Part shown: positions 25,129 to 35,444 of the stretch, one piece after another
Layout of the letters: the number at the start of each line of letters is the position of its first letter
Position numbering within the stretch: the first letter of the stretch is position 1
DNA from: a virus
Taxonomy: Duplodnaviria > Caudoviricetes
Reading direction: 5' to 3' (one strand)
Virus record (IMG/VR): IMGVR_UViG_2974730439_000001
Coordinates: 1 to 64,000 of that record
DNA: 64,000 bases
The notes under the pieces: model-generated
What the model was told of the DNA's origin: nothing
Database searches by the model: none
The model's input: only the letters and a program-made list of their open reading frames with translations
Made by a program: the position numbers and the translations under genes

Positions 25129-27651
25129 TTATTTACTCTTTTTAGCTTCTGCGTTTGTCTTATTCTTAAGTGCTGTTTTAGCTTTTAATCTCTCTCTTTC
25201 CATTGCGGCTTTATCTTTAGCTGCCTGCAACTTCATTTCATGATCCATTCTTTCTCTTTCAAGCTGATTCTTCTTATCTTCTATTTCTTTTTTCATCTTC
25301 TGCTCTCTAATCTTAGCATTGAATTCAAATTGTTTAGAAGCTTCATCAGATGCTTGTTTACGTTCAGCTAAAGCTTGTTGAGCTATCTCTACTGGATCTG
25401 GAATTCCGTTACCATCTTGATCCATATTTTCAGCACCTCTATAAGCATTAAGTTGAGCTACAGTAATTTTAGTAGCATTATCTTGATCTATCTTATACTT
25501 CTCAAGATCCATTTCTGCTTCTTTAATCATGAGCTCCTCTTCCTTAATCTCATTTTGCATTTGAATAGCTTGCTGTTCACGTTCTGCTTGAGCTTGTTCC
25601 ATAGCTTGTTGCTGCTCCATACGTTTCTGTTCAATCTCTTCTAATCTAGACTTAATCATACTAATATTATCCATAGTAATGATTTCAGCTATATCAAGTA
25701 AACTAGCACCGTTCTGCATAGCAGGTTGCATAAGTTGTTTAAGAGCTTCTACTTGTTGTTGATTCTTAGTAGTATCATCAATGAATATATCCATATCTTC
25801 ATAGAAGAACTCATCAGAAAGAGTTATAAATGCTCTAGTAGCATCATCAAGGATATAATGTAAGCATCTTTTATTATCTTTCCACGCTACTTTGGAAGTA
25901 TCTAATAACATAGTAAGAGCTTCTTTCTTTACTTGATTATGAACCCAGAACCAAGGTTCAGTAATATGAGCTGACTATACTATAGATCTCTCTACATTAC
26001 CTACTAATTCATTAGATGCAACAGAACCTTCACGCTATTTACTTACTCCTGATATTTCTGATACCATAGCTTCAATCTTATCCATAAGATTAATGTACTA
26101 ATCAATAGTATTAGCCATAGTAAGATCTAATGAAGTAAATTGATTGAACTGAGATGGCTTACCGCCTTCTCTACCAGGTATATCCCATCCTTCTTCGTAT
26201 GGGTTAATAAATGCTACGCCAAGAGCACCTAAGTAATGCATCCACTTATTCACATCTATACCCATAGATTTAGGTATCTGAGTAACATCAATAACAGGCA
26301 CTTTACCTTTATCTCTAGCCATAGCAAGTTCTAGTCTATACCATAGTACGATATACATATATTGTAATGGCTTCATCATACTTACCAAAGATCTAGGAGC
26401 ACTATTAGTATTATTGTATACAACTCCTGTATAAGGTAATTTTTGAGAGTTAAGATTATCAGCAGATATGTGTTGGTATTCTAGTGGCTATATACCTATA
26501 TATAAGTCTTCTCCAACTCTATAACCTTCCCATACCTCTATAATCCAAGTCCATTCAACGTTCAACTCCATACCAGTAACCTTGTAGGACTCGTCTACTT
26601 GTAACTCATCAATTTCTCCAGTATTAGGATCTTGATAAGTAACGAAACCTATTTTCTTAAATGACTTCCAACAGCAATGCCAAACATTAATGTTATCAGA
26701 CCCTTCAAACGGATTTGAAGTTAACCCATTAATGGTTTTTGTCTTTAAGTGAGGGTAATCCATAGATGTCTTACGTACTTCAGGATTAATGCCTCCCCTG
26801 CTTACATCATCTACCATTTCAAGCAATTCATTTAATTGCTTTTCTGTCATTTTATCATAGAATCTATCATAAATTTCTGTAGCTGACATAATCATCTTAC
26901 GGCAACACCAATCAGAGTCATGAATGAATTCTAAGTCTGCGCTCTAGTCATAACTAAAGTAAAGAGGATTAACTCGTTCTAAATAAGGATTACCATTTAT
27001 AATACCAACATAGTATATTTCTTCTCCAGCTATCAATGCATCCTTCCAACCTTTATAAAACTCATGAACTACATTAAGTTTATTCTTAAGATAGTTGAGA
27101 CTATGGTATGCTGTTACTTCTGCTATATCTTTATAATCCTTACTTAGATATTTCTATATCTTTTCTGGAGGTAATATTTCACCATTCTATAATGCTTGTT
27201 GATATCTCTAAGCCTCTTCAGGACCTAATTGACTCATAATAGTAGCCATTACATAATCTTCCAGCATTTGTTTAGCAGTATCTTGTACTTCACTAGTAGC
27301 TATATCACTAGTACGTACTACTCTAAAATTAAATGGTCTTTTTGTTTCTTCACCTAATAATAAGTCTATTTTAGGCTTAATTATATTATAATCCTATGCT
27401 GTAGCAGGAAACCCATCCTTCTATTTAAAAGGATTTGTAACGTACAAAAGATCTTTCTCATTGTAGATACTATTATATAAATCATAGTAAGTCTACATCT
27501 CCTCATATCTAGTACGCCCATTTCTACCACCTCCACTATTAAAGCCTGACTTACCTATTATATAGTCAACATTGGCACGTTTCCAGTCCTCCGTTTTTTT
27601 ACTCATTGGGAGTTTCTATATTGGCATACTCCCTATATTCTTACTAACCAT
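25129..27651 (-). CDS. Portal protein, 840 aa, TAG-recoded
   Basis: Single frame; NIIKPKIDLLLGEETKRP, ERVNP and GVSKQREG motifs; Gln-rich C-terminal barrel; between terL and MCP. Confidence 0.9.
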
Positions 27652-27652
27652 A

Positions 27653-28213
27653 TTAATGTTGTTTGTATTTCCAAATATATTTACGGGCAGTAGCCTTTGG
27701 ATTATTACATGCTCTCCACAAATCTTTCAGACAAATTCCTAATGAACGAGCAATTTCATTCATACTACACCACTCTTTTACCAATTCTCCATCTGCGCTA
27801 AACTATAGTATTGGTTTACTACGTTTTTTACTACTTCTATAATTTCCTGTTCCGTAGTTTTTGTTGTATTTTCTAGTGCACATTTCTAAATTAGATAAAC
27901 TATTATCTAGTTTGTCTTCATTTTTGTGATTTACTTCTAGATCATCAGAATAATTGTCAAAAAACGCTTTAGCAATTAATCTGTGAACTAAATGATTACT
28001 ATGTACTCCATCTTTACATAAAGTAATACACCAATATTTGGAACGTATGCTTTGATTCATTATTCTTTCTGGTATTACGTAAGAATACGTTCCTGGTCTA
28101 TAACCAGTTCTAATTACAGTAACTTCTCTGCATTTAGATTTAATTCTTCCGGAACTACTTACCTAATATAGATCTTCATAGCCTGGTATATCTTTCCAAA
28201 TTTCTCTAATCAT
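27653..28213 (-). CDS. NUMOD4-HNH homing endonuclease, 186 aa, two TAGs
   Basis: EIWKDIPGYEDLYQVSSSGRIKS (Q = TAG), VHRLIA, VNHKNEDKLDNSLSNLE. Confidence 0.9.
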
Positions 28214-28219
28214 ATTCTG

Positions 28220-30265
28220 TTAATTAAATGTATATACATCGTCATCGACTTGACTGAAGTTATCGTCATAACTCCAGCTACTATAAGTAAAGAGAGGGCC
28301 GTCGAATAATAATCTCTCTCTGTTAGTTTTCTTCTTCTCTTTTACAACTACATTATATAGTTGTTCACGATAGATCATTACCTGCATCAACGCCATCACA
28401 CGGTCAAAGTTACCTATATCATTATAACCTATAAGCTCTTCTAATAGCGGTTCTGATAATATATCGTGTAGGTTTTTATGCCCTGGAGATTTCTCATCAT
28501 TTAACCAATCTTTAATGAGTCCTTCACCCCATTGTTTAATTTGTTTATTCATGTGACAACCTTTCTTTCGTTGCACTTTAGAATTGCTGATGATATCAGA
28601 TATAATGTCTGGCTAATCAGCCAAAAGATAGTCACAATGCTTAGCAGTAAAGTATGGAAACAAACCTTTACGCTCATTTTCATACATAATTCTGCCATTG
28701 TAATAAACTGCGAGTTTACGTAAGTTTTCATAATATTCCTCTGCTGTAGCAGGCCTTCCTGTATACTCAGCTACTATTATATCATAGTAGTTTTCAAAAT
28801 TCTAAAATCTCTTATATACAAAAGTAGAACCTAATGAATTAGTACCAGATTGATCATGATCATAAGGGTCTACTCCAAGTATATATAAACCAATAGGAGC
28901 ATCCTTTACAGGATGTTCCCATATAACTATAGAACCAGTAGGATCATCCTCTTTGGATAGAGGATAATGAGTAATATCACCTTGTTTTTTTATTACCCAT
29001 TTAAGACTACCATCTGATTCCCATACTAAATCACCTATCTATTTATGATTTGATAATTTCTTATTTGTACGTATTTTAGCTAGTTGTTCTTGTAACTCTT
29101 TCTTCGGGAATATATTACCATTGAATTCTAGACATGCTTCAGCTGGAGTAATACAACGTTCTGCCACATAACGGTCTACTGCTACAGAACTAGTGGCATT
29201 CTCTATTACGTCTTTACGCTGTTGTAATACATATTCTAAAGCTTTATGTCTTATAGTATTACCATCATTATCCATATACATACGATTCCCCTATTCATCT
29301 CGTATGTCCATGTTTGTATACTGAGGTATGAAGAAACCACATTTAGTATCTCCTACATTCTCATCCCATATGTTATCGAGCTCTAAACAATTATAACCTT
29401 TAGGCTTATAAAACATGTCTTTAAGAGTAAAGAAGTTAGAATCTTCATCCCCACCAGTACCAAATGCTATCATAGTAGCAAATGCTCTACCGTCATTCTC
29501 TACAGAAGGTCTAGCAATTTGCCATGCTGCACCTAATTCTTTAAATGAACCAGCTTCTTCAAATAGAATAAGGTTAGCTTTTTTACCACGTACTACATCA
29601 GGATTGTCTTTCAAAGTAACCCCAATAATTTCAGATTTATAACCTACTTCTATTTGATTACCGTATTCATCCTTCATACTTACTGCAGCACGTTTACGTA
29701 ACTGAGTATTTACAGCTCTTTTCTTACCCCATGCAGTATGTTCATCTATAAAGTCTAAGTAGTCCCAAGCTTTAGTAAGGATACCATCATCTGTTAAATA
29801 TTGCTTATTTGAAGCATATACATATGATTTTGAGTTAGGTATAAGATAGTAATTACGACATAACATAGCTGCTCCTTTATAGGAGTAACCTTTACGTCTA
29901 GACTTAAGTACACATAAATGTTTACCCTATTTATGAGCTTCATTTACTGCATTAAAATAATAATAATCGTAGTCCCAAAAATCAGGAAATGTAACCAACT
30001 ATTCTGATACTACTTCCCCATTTACTATACTATTGACAGTACGATTAATAGGACAATAATTTAAATAAAAATAGTTATATCCACTAATGAAGTCACCATC
30101 ATCAGCTGTATAACCATTAATACAACGTTCCTTTTCCTCTGTCCAGAAACGCATATATTCTGCCGTACCTTTAGGGTGTGGGCAGTATTGACCTGTTCTA
30201 ATATATGTAAGAGCAGGCTATCTGAACTTATTACTATTTACTATCTTTTTATTAAAGTCTACCAT
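28220..30265 (-). CDS. terL: Terminase large subunit, 681 aa, TAG-recoded
   Basis: LKSRRKGYS (Walker A), ILFEEAG (Walker B), LGVDPYD and NFDRVMA nuclease motifs in one frame. Confidence 0.92.
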
Positions 30266-30533
30266 ATTGTATATTTAAAAGGGGCGCGTTTCACAACGAA
30301 CCCCTTCTATTGAGATAATATTTATTAACCTAAAATTCTCTTAATCATGAAAAATATATTGGGGAGATTTCTGTAGCTGTAACCTAGTTTCTTGAGCTGT
30401 GGTTTTATACGCCGTATGTTTAGTACTCCCCACCTGGGCTAATATTACCCCAGACTACCTGTTCACGATAACTACCTATCCAACAAGTTTCCTTCTGCTA
30501 TTATAGTTTCAAAGGACTGGTATTTTAAATTAG

Positions 30534-30833
30534 TAGTCCCTGTAGGTATCGATCCCACTCCTCCCGGGTTCATACTACACTTACTTTTACATAAGCCTTC
30601 TCAGTGAGAAGTTGTAGTCTGGACTATTTCATGACCATATTCTACTAGAACTTAGGCCTCTCCCGTATAGTCTCTACGCCATTTATCAGCAGATGCTGAA
30701 TTTAGTAAGCCATCGCCAAAGTAATATCGCTATTACGAGGTTTCTGTTTGTTAGAGAGATTTTTCAATACATATTTCTACGTAAAGCTCCTACCTAAAAG
30801 AGCCGGGCGCGCTAGCCAGTACGCAAAGGGACA
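30534..30833 (-). tRNA. Amber suppressor tRNA (anticodon CUA, probably Gln), interrupted by a group I intron; exons 30833-30799 and 30570-30534
   Basis: Joined exons give a cloverleaf: acceptor TGTCCCT/AGGGACT-A, D stem GCGT/GCGC, anticodon arm CCCGG-CTCTAAC-CCGGG, T arm GTGGG-ATCGATA-CCTAC. Confidence 0.88.
30571..30798 (-). mobile_element. Group I intron (IC3/Azoarcus-like), 228 nt, no ORF
   Basis: P1 GGCUCU/GGAGCU with U.G at the splice site, L2 GAAA, P3 UCUCUC/GGGAGA, P7 GAGACUA...AUAGUCC, P8 receptor CCUAAG/UAUGG, terminal G. Confidence 0.9.
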
Positions 30834-30901
30834 GTGCACGTGGATATTCTTACCCTCCACGTAAGGGCCCCTTAAGGGTTAAATTAATGATATCTATAAA
30901 T

Positions 30902-31054
30902 TTAAAACCAGCTCTTGATACGCTTAGCTATTCTTTTATACCAAGGTTTTACTTGCAATCTAGCTGCTTCACATTCAGCAATTGCTTCCTCAACAGTTTT
31001 GGTATCATCAGTTAAATCTACGATAATTGTAGGCATTTTTGTATTTTTATCCAT
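30902..31054 (-). CDS. 50-aa peptide with amphipathic C-terminus, upstream of the suppressor tRNA
   Basis: MDKNTKMP...KPWYKRIAKRIKSWF, typical AT-rich start context. Confidence 0.55.
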   Translation of the reverse strand: MDKNTKMPTIIVDLTDDTKTVEEAIAECEAARLQVKPWYKRIAKRIKSWF

Positions 31055-31075
31055 AATCTCAATTTTGTATTATTA

Positions 31076-31102
31076 AACGTTGTTGTTATTTTTTAGTGTT
31101 TA
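31076..31102 (-). promoter_or_regulatory. Putative ECF-type late promoter upstream of small ORF, suppressor tRNA and terL
   Basis: TAAACAC-N16-CGTTT; weaker match than the other five. Confidence 0.45.
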
Positions 31103-31109
31103 TCAAATG

Positions 31110-31655
31110 TTATACTCTAACATTTTGATTAGGAAGTTCAAATAGATTAATCTTAGCGTCACCTTTTACTTTACTAGTTTCAAGCTCACCAGACTTAACA
31201 GCTTTCTCTAAGTAATCTAGAGTAACGAATGTATCTTTTACTTTGGCGAATCCTGCATAATACTTCTCTATTTTCTTTTCATCAAGTTCTTCTAATAGAG
31301 AATCTTTATAGTATTTATTGAAGGTATCTAGCTTTAATCTAATGCTATCTAGCATATCTAAAGTACGAGTATGTTGTAACCTAATAAAGCTATCTTCTGC
31401 TTTTTGTTCATCTTCAGTAAGCTCATAATCTGTATTTCCTAAGAATTCTTCTTTTAGCTTACTTTCTATTTGATCATATGGAATACTCAGTACATAAGGA
31501 CTATCCCATTTATTCTTAAATACTATATAACTAAGTATTGCAGTAGCGTGTTGTTTATCAGCTTTATCTGATTCCCATATTTTCTTAAAAGCAGGTATAG
31601 CTAAAGCGTTTTCATGTATTACTACTTTTCCTCCTATTATATCAAATAGTTTCAT
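31110..31655 (-). CDS. Conserved crAss-like protein upstream of terL (small terminase candidate)
   Basis: 181-aa helical ORF; function inferred from position only. Confidence 0.5.
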   Translation of the reverse strand: MKLFDIIGGKVVIHENALAIPAFKKIWESDKADKQHATAILSYIVFKNKWDSPYVLSIPYDQIESKLKEEFLGNTDYELTEDEQKAEDSFIRLQHTRTLDMLDSIRLKLDTFNKYYKDSLLEELDEKKIEKYYAGFAKVKDTFVTLDYLEKAVKSGELETSKVKGDAKINLFELPNQNVRV

Positions 31656-31667
31656 AATTATTATATA

Positions 31668-32012
31668 TTAGTTACTTGATACGTTTGAGACACATTCACA
31701 CTTAGAGAAAGTGCTGCTTATTTTATGTTTTTTATCTTGCATCTTTGCAATATGATCTTTAATAGTTTTATCACTAATTACAGCATAAACAAAAGTTTTA
31801 TCATCAAGTTTATATGTTTTTGCTATTAAATCACCCTTAGATACTTTTACATTTTCAGTAGTTCCATCTTTTTTTGTGATACTGTATTCTCCATCTTCAG
31901 GAACAATCCATATATAATCGAAATAGAAACTATCTAAAACAGTTACCTCATTTGTATCCGGATTATAACCTATCATGCAACTACTATTATTGTCATTTAC
32001 GTATTTATTCAT
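31668..32012 (-). CDS. Hypothetical protein
   Basis: 114-aa ORF in gene run. Confidence 0.65.
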   Translation of the reverse strand: MNKYVNDNNSSCMIGYNPDTNEVTVLDSFYFDYIWIVPEDGEYSITKKDGTTENVKVSKGDLIAKTYKLDDKTFVYAVISDKTIKDHIAKMQDKKHKISSTFSKCECVSNVSSN

Positions 32013-32111
32013 AATTAATCTATTCTATAATCAGTATAATATTCTTTTTGTAATCTCGCTAATATTACTCTAGCTTGTTTCTCTGAACAATTAGGATTTG
32101 TATATTCAGGA

Positions 32112-32855
32112 TTATTCTGATACTTGTTTATCACTGTCTGATAATACGCTATCTCCTGTTCTAGACTTTCCTTTGTTATATTCATAAATAGTTTCTTCTA
32201 CTAAGTCTTTTAATCTATCTTTATAGGAACACAGTTTTGCTATAACCTCTTCATTAGAACCATATAAATTACGATCTGTAATTATTCCTTTAACTACATT
32301 TTTGTTATTATCTTCTATAATAGCTCCAGTTTCATCTTCGCTTAACCAGTAATTAAAGTTCGTTTTTTTAGCCAGCTCTTTAGATAGCTCTCTAATCGAA
32401 CGAGATATTTCTTTCTTTAAACCACTGATAGTGTCAAATTCAGATCTTCTATCTAACTCTTCTTTGGAAGAAAGTTGTATCTTATCGAGTATGTCATTAC
32501 AACTATTTATTTTTTCTTCAATACGCTCATCTAGAGCTTTAGATAAATCTTCAACAGTTGCTTTTCTAAAAGTGTGTTTACTTATCCACAGCATTGCTAT
32601 TGCATTCCAAGCAACTTGAGCTAAGTGATGGCAACCAGTATCTTTGTCAATAGCATTACCTTTTTCATACTCAAGTAAGTGTCTTAGCATGGCAGCTTTA
32701 TAGCGTTGGTAACCATTATCTAAGTTCTGCCAATTATTATCACCATACTTGATAGAACCGGCTGTGTATACTTTTACGATGTCTTCAATTTCTTCTAGGG
32801 GCAACAAATCCCATCTTAATTTCTTGTCTAAGAAATCATTCTTCTTTCCTTCCAT
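32112..32855 (-). CDS. dATP/dGTP diphosphohydrolase-domain protein (DUF5664-like)
   Basis: KLRWDLLP...GSIKYGDNNW...AAMLRHL...DTGCHHLAQVAWNA. Confidence 0.8.
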   Translation of the reverse strand: MEGKKNDFLDKKLRWDLLPLEEIEDIVKVYTAGSIKYGDNNWQNLDNGYQRYKAAMLRHLLEYEKGNAIDKDTGCHHLAQVAWNAIAMLWISKHTFRKATVEDLSKALDERIEEKINSCNDILDKIQLSSKEELDRRSEFDTISGLKKEISRSIRELSKELAKKTNFNYWLSEDETGAIIEDNNKNVVKGIITDRNLYGSNEEVIAKLCSYKDRLKDLVEETIYEYNKGKSRTGDSVLSDSDKQVSE

Positions 32856-33276
32856 CTTCTTTATTTCTTAAATAATCTATCATAAATTGACCTACTTTAC
32901 CTGCTATCCAACCTAGTAAATAAGCGTAAGGTTCGTTACCTTGATCATATCCTTGTCCTACTCCTCCTATTATATCCCATATTACATCAGTGGCATGAGT
33001 AGATTCATGAGCAGCTACTTCTATAGCTGTACCATCTAATTTATCTGGAGTTTCTATAAGTATGAGTACTCCTTTATCTCCCGTTCTTTTATCTCTTACT
33101 ATAAAGGTGACCCCATCTGCACTTGCTGGACTAATAGGAGAGCCATTATTCTCTTTATTCAGTAAATCTTTAATAGTAGGATAAAACAAGAACTTTCTCT
33201 TCATTTCTTCAAAACAATCTATGGTAGAAATATATATATCTACAGGATATATATCAAGGCAGTATTTTCTAATCAT
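32836..33276 (-). CDS. HExxH (AHESTH...EPYAYL) protein
   Basis: Common phage zincin-like motif. Confidence 0.65.
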   Translation of the reverse strand: MIRKYCLDIYPVDIYISTIDCFEEMKRKFLFYPTIKDLLNKENNGSPISPASADGVTFIVRDKRTGDKGVLILIETPDKLDGTAIEVAAHESTHATDVIWDIIGGVGQGYDQGNEPYAYLLGWIAGKVGQFMIDYLRNKEDGRKEE

Positions 33277-33529
33277 CTTTTATTACTTTATATATATTAG
33301 CAATAGCTCTATTACTAAGTAAGTACACATACAAAAATACTTCATCTGACAATCTATAAGTTGAATCAGGGGTAATGATTTCATTGCTACCTTCTTTAAT
33401 TTGTATCGTGCATTCATCTTTCTGACCTATTGGATAAGACATTTTGTAATATATCATGAGCTCTACTAATTCTGTTAGAATGTCATTTTGTGGTATCTTT
33501 GTTATCCGTATCTTCTTTCTTTCGCTCAT
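33269..33529 (-). CDS. Hypothetical protein
   Basis: 86-aa ORF overlapping neighbours. Confidence 0.6.
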   Translation of the reverse strand: MSERKKIRITKIPQNDILTELVELMIYYKMSYPIGQKDECTIQIKEGSNEIITPDSTYRLSDEVFLYVYLLSNRAIANIYKVIKDD

Positions 33530-33707
33530 ATACCTTCTTAATCTTGATTTTACCTAAGTAAGTGAATAGCATAGGTCTTTCATCACCTTCTGTTATTCTT
33601 CTATTAGCGAACATAAAAGGGTGATTACATATAACCTTTATTACCTAACTAGGAAGTTGATATTTATTACTTAGTTCAGAATATATACTCATTCCAGTTT
33701 TTTTCAT
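33483..33707 (-). CDS. HU/IHF-like small basic protein, one TAG
   Basis: IYSELSNKYQLPSQVIKVIC...MLFTYLGKIKIK when TAG 33645-33647 is read through. Confidence 0.6.
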
Positions 33708-34104
33708 TTGATAACTCTCTAATATTATAATATTTGCTATTCAAGAAAGCTTGTAAATCATTAGTATTATCTGAGAATGTGTTAGTTCTAATAATATTAA
33801 TTGTTGCAAATAGATCTTCAATTTTTATACCTTCTTCTGAACTTGTAGCAATATCACCATTAAATTCTAGAATCTTTTCTAATGTACTAATCTCTTTCTT
33901 ACTATAGTTCTTTTTAGGTTCAGCAATAATAACGTCTGTATTTTTACTAAACACATTTACTAAATCACACGAATCTTTAAAGATAACAAAATGATTATAA
34001 GGTAATACTTTCTTGCTTAGCTTAGCCCAAAATCTCTTAAACCAATTATACTTTTTACATAATAAGACACAACCTGGTTTAAGTGTTACATATTGTATAT
34101 TCAT
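33676..34104 (-). CDS. Hypothetical protein
   Basis: 142-aa ORF. Confidence 0.65.
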   Translation of the reverse strand: MNIQYVTLKPGCVLLCKKYNWFKRFWAKLSKKVLPYNHFVIFKDSCDLVNVFSKNTDVIIAEPKKNYSKKEISTLEKILEFNGDIATSSEEGIKIEDLFATINIIRTNTFSDNTNDLQAFLNSKYYNIRELSNEKNWNEYIF

Positions 34105-34105
34105 A

Positions 34106-34477
34106 TTATTCTTTCTCCAATCTAAGTACGATAGTTAGCTGAACTCTATCTCCTATTATTTCAGGTATTAATGCAGGATTAACCATCCATTCATCATCAG
34201 CTTTACCTTTTATTATCAGACCTTTATCTCTTAATTTCCCTATGTATCTACTTAAGTTATCACTAGTAATGCCTGTTGCAGCTTTTAGATAACGTCTGTT
34301 TTCGGTACTTATCACATTTTTGCTGTACCCAGGGAGCTTAGGAGTATTAATATCTATGTCAATTAATAAAACCATCAAGTCTTGCTCCCTAGTGGTCAGC
34401 TAAAGTACACCATCAAGTGATTTGAGGAATTCTCTGTAAAGATCTGTTTTTTTCACAGCCTTCACTAATTTATTCAT
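34106..34477 (-). CDS. Winged-helix DNA-binding protein, 123 aa, one TAG
   Basis: LTTREQDLM...NLSRYIGKLRDKGLI...WMVNP; start extended through TAG 34400-34402. Confidence 0.7.
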
Positions 34478-34877
34478 TGATAATTTCCTTTACCTTTTTA
34501 AGAATTTGATTCATATTGAAATATACTGTATCTGCTTCAACCTTAACGCAAGTAGGAATCTCTTGATTATTATAGGCTTCTACTAAAGCATCATGGTCTT
34601 TCTTATATTGAGCTTCTAGTGTATCTACTAAATCAGATAATGCACACAATTTATCAATTGCAGAAAGCTCTTCATTTTCATCTTCGATGACTAACAGATT
34701 ACCTGATTCTACAAACTCTTCTGCCGTTTCCTCATCCATACAAATATAACGTGAACACTTCTCACTATCATTTTCAGTTGTCATACTGAATTCATACAAA
34801 TTAGTGTCTTCATTATAAGTAAGCATATCACCTTTTTGTGCAGATGCAAATTCTTTAATTACTTTATAGTTCTTCAT
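34470..34877 (-). CDS. Acidic hypothetical protein
   Basis: 135-aa ORF. Confidence 0.7.
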   Translation of the reverse strand: MKNYKVIKEFASAQKGDMLTYNEDTNLYEFSMTTENDSEKCSRYICMDEETAEEFVESGNLLVIEDENEELSAIDKLCALSDLVDTLEAQYKKDHDALVEAYNNQEIPTCVKVEADTVYFNMNQILKKVKEIINE

Positions 34878-34920
34878 AATAATTATTATTTAGTTGTTTA
34901 ATAGTTGTTACATATACCTA

Positions 34921-34944
34921 AACGGTAAATGTTAAAATAGTATC
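34921..34944 (-). promoter_or_regulatory. Putative ECF-type late promoter GATAC-N15-CGTTT
   Basis: Shared motif; TTAACA-NN-TGTTAA inverted repeat just upstream. Confidence 0.45.
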
Positions 34945-34985
34945 TATTCTTTAACATTTGTTAACTTATATTTAAGTAATGACAT

Positions 34986-35016
34986 GAAAAAAGGCTAGAT
35001 CCGCAGACCTAGCCCC
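34986..35016 (-). terminator. Intrinsic terminator after GroES-like gene
   Basis: GGGGCTAGGTC-TGCG-GATCTAGCC followed by U6. Confidence 0.8.
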
Positions 35017-35043
35017 ACAACAACTATTAATACGCATTAATAT

Positions 35044-35397
35044 TTAGTCTTTTCTTGCTATAATATCATAAGGTTTAACTAACTGACTATCCTTAAATAA
35101 GTCAAAGTCTTTAGCAAACTTCTTATTAAATACTATTGTATCTCCTACTTTAAAGTCTGTTATATTTAGACTTTCTGGAATAGCAAGTACAATTCCTAAT
35201 CTCCACTCTGACTCTACTTCTTTTACTTCAGTCTTAGTCTCAAACTTCTCATAACCATCAACATCTTTTTCACCTGTACCAACTGCTTCGGTTATTTCTT
35301 TCTTTAGCTTAATAGGTTCAAGAGGTTTAACTAACACATCTTTCAGAGGAGTATAACCAATTCCATTAATTACTGTTTCTAGTACTTTATCTTCCAT
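35044..35397 (-). CDS. GroES-like co-chaperonin
   Basis: YTPLKDVLVKP...GIVLAI...FKVGDTIVF...DIIA pattern. Confidence 0.7.
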   Translation of the reverse strand: MEDKVLETVINGIGYTPLKDVLVKPLEPIKLKKEITEAVGTGEKDVDGYEKFETKTEVKEVESEWRLGIVLAIPESLNITDFKVGDTIVFNKKFAKDFDLFKDSQLVKPYDIIARKD

Positions 35398-35419
35398 AAT
35401 ATTCTTATTTATATTCTAT

Positions 35420-35444
35420 AACGTATTATTTGTTGTTTTGTTTC
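35420..35444 (-). promoter_or_regulatory. Putative ECF-type late promoter GAAAC-N16-CGTTA
   Basis: Best match to ECF consensus; directly upstream of the GroES-like gene. Confidence 0.6.

Noticed and set aside
30490-30533. Theta ribozyme at the suppressor tRNA 3' end
   Set aside because: The trailer is AT-rich, and I could not build P1/P3/L3 there
32112-32855. 2-aminoadenine (Z) genome pathway suggested by the dATP/dGTP diphosphohydrolase
   Set aside because: No purZ in the window, and the domain is widespread without Z-DNA
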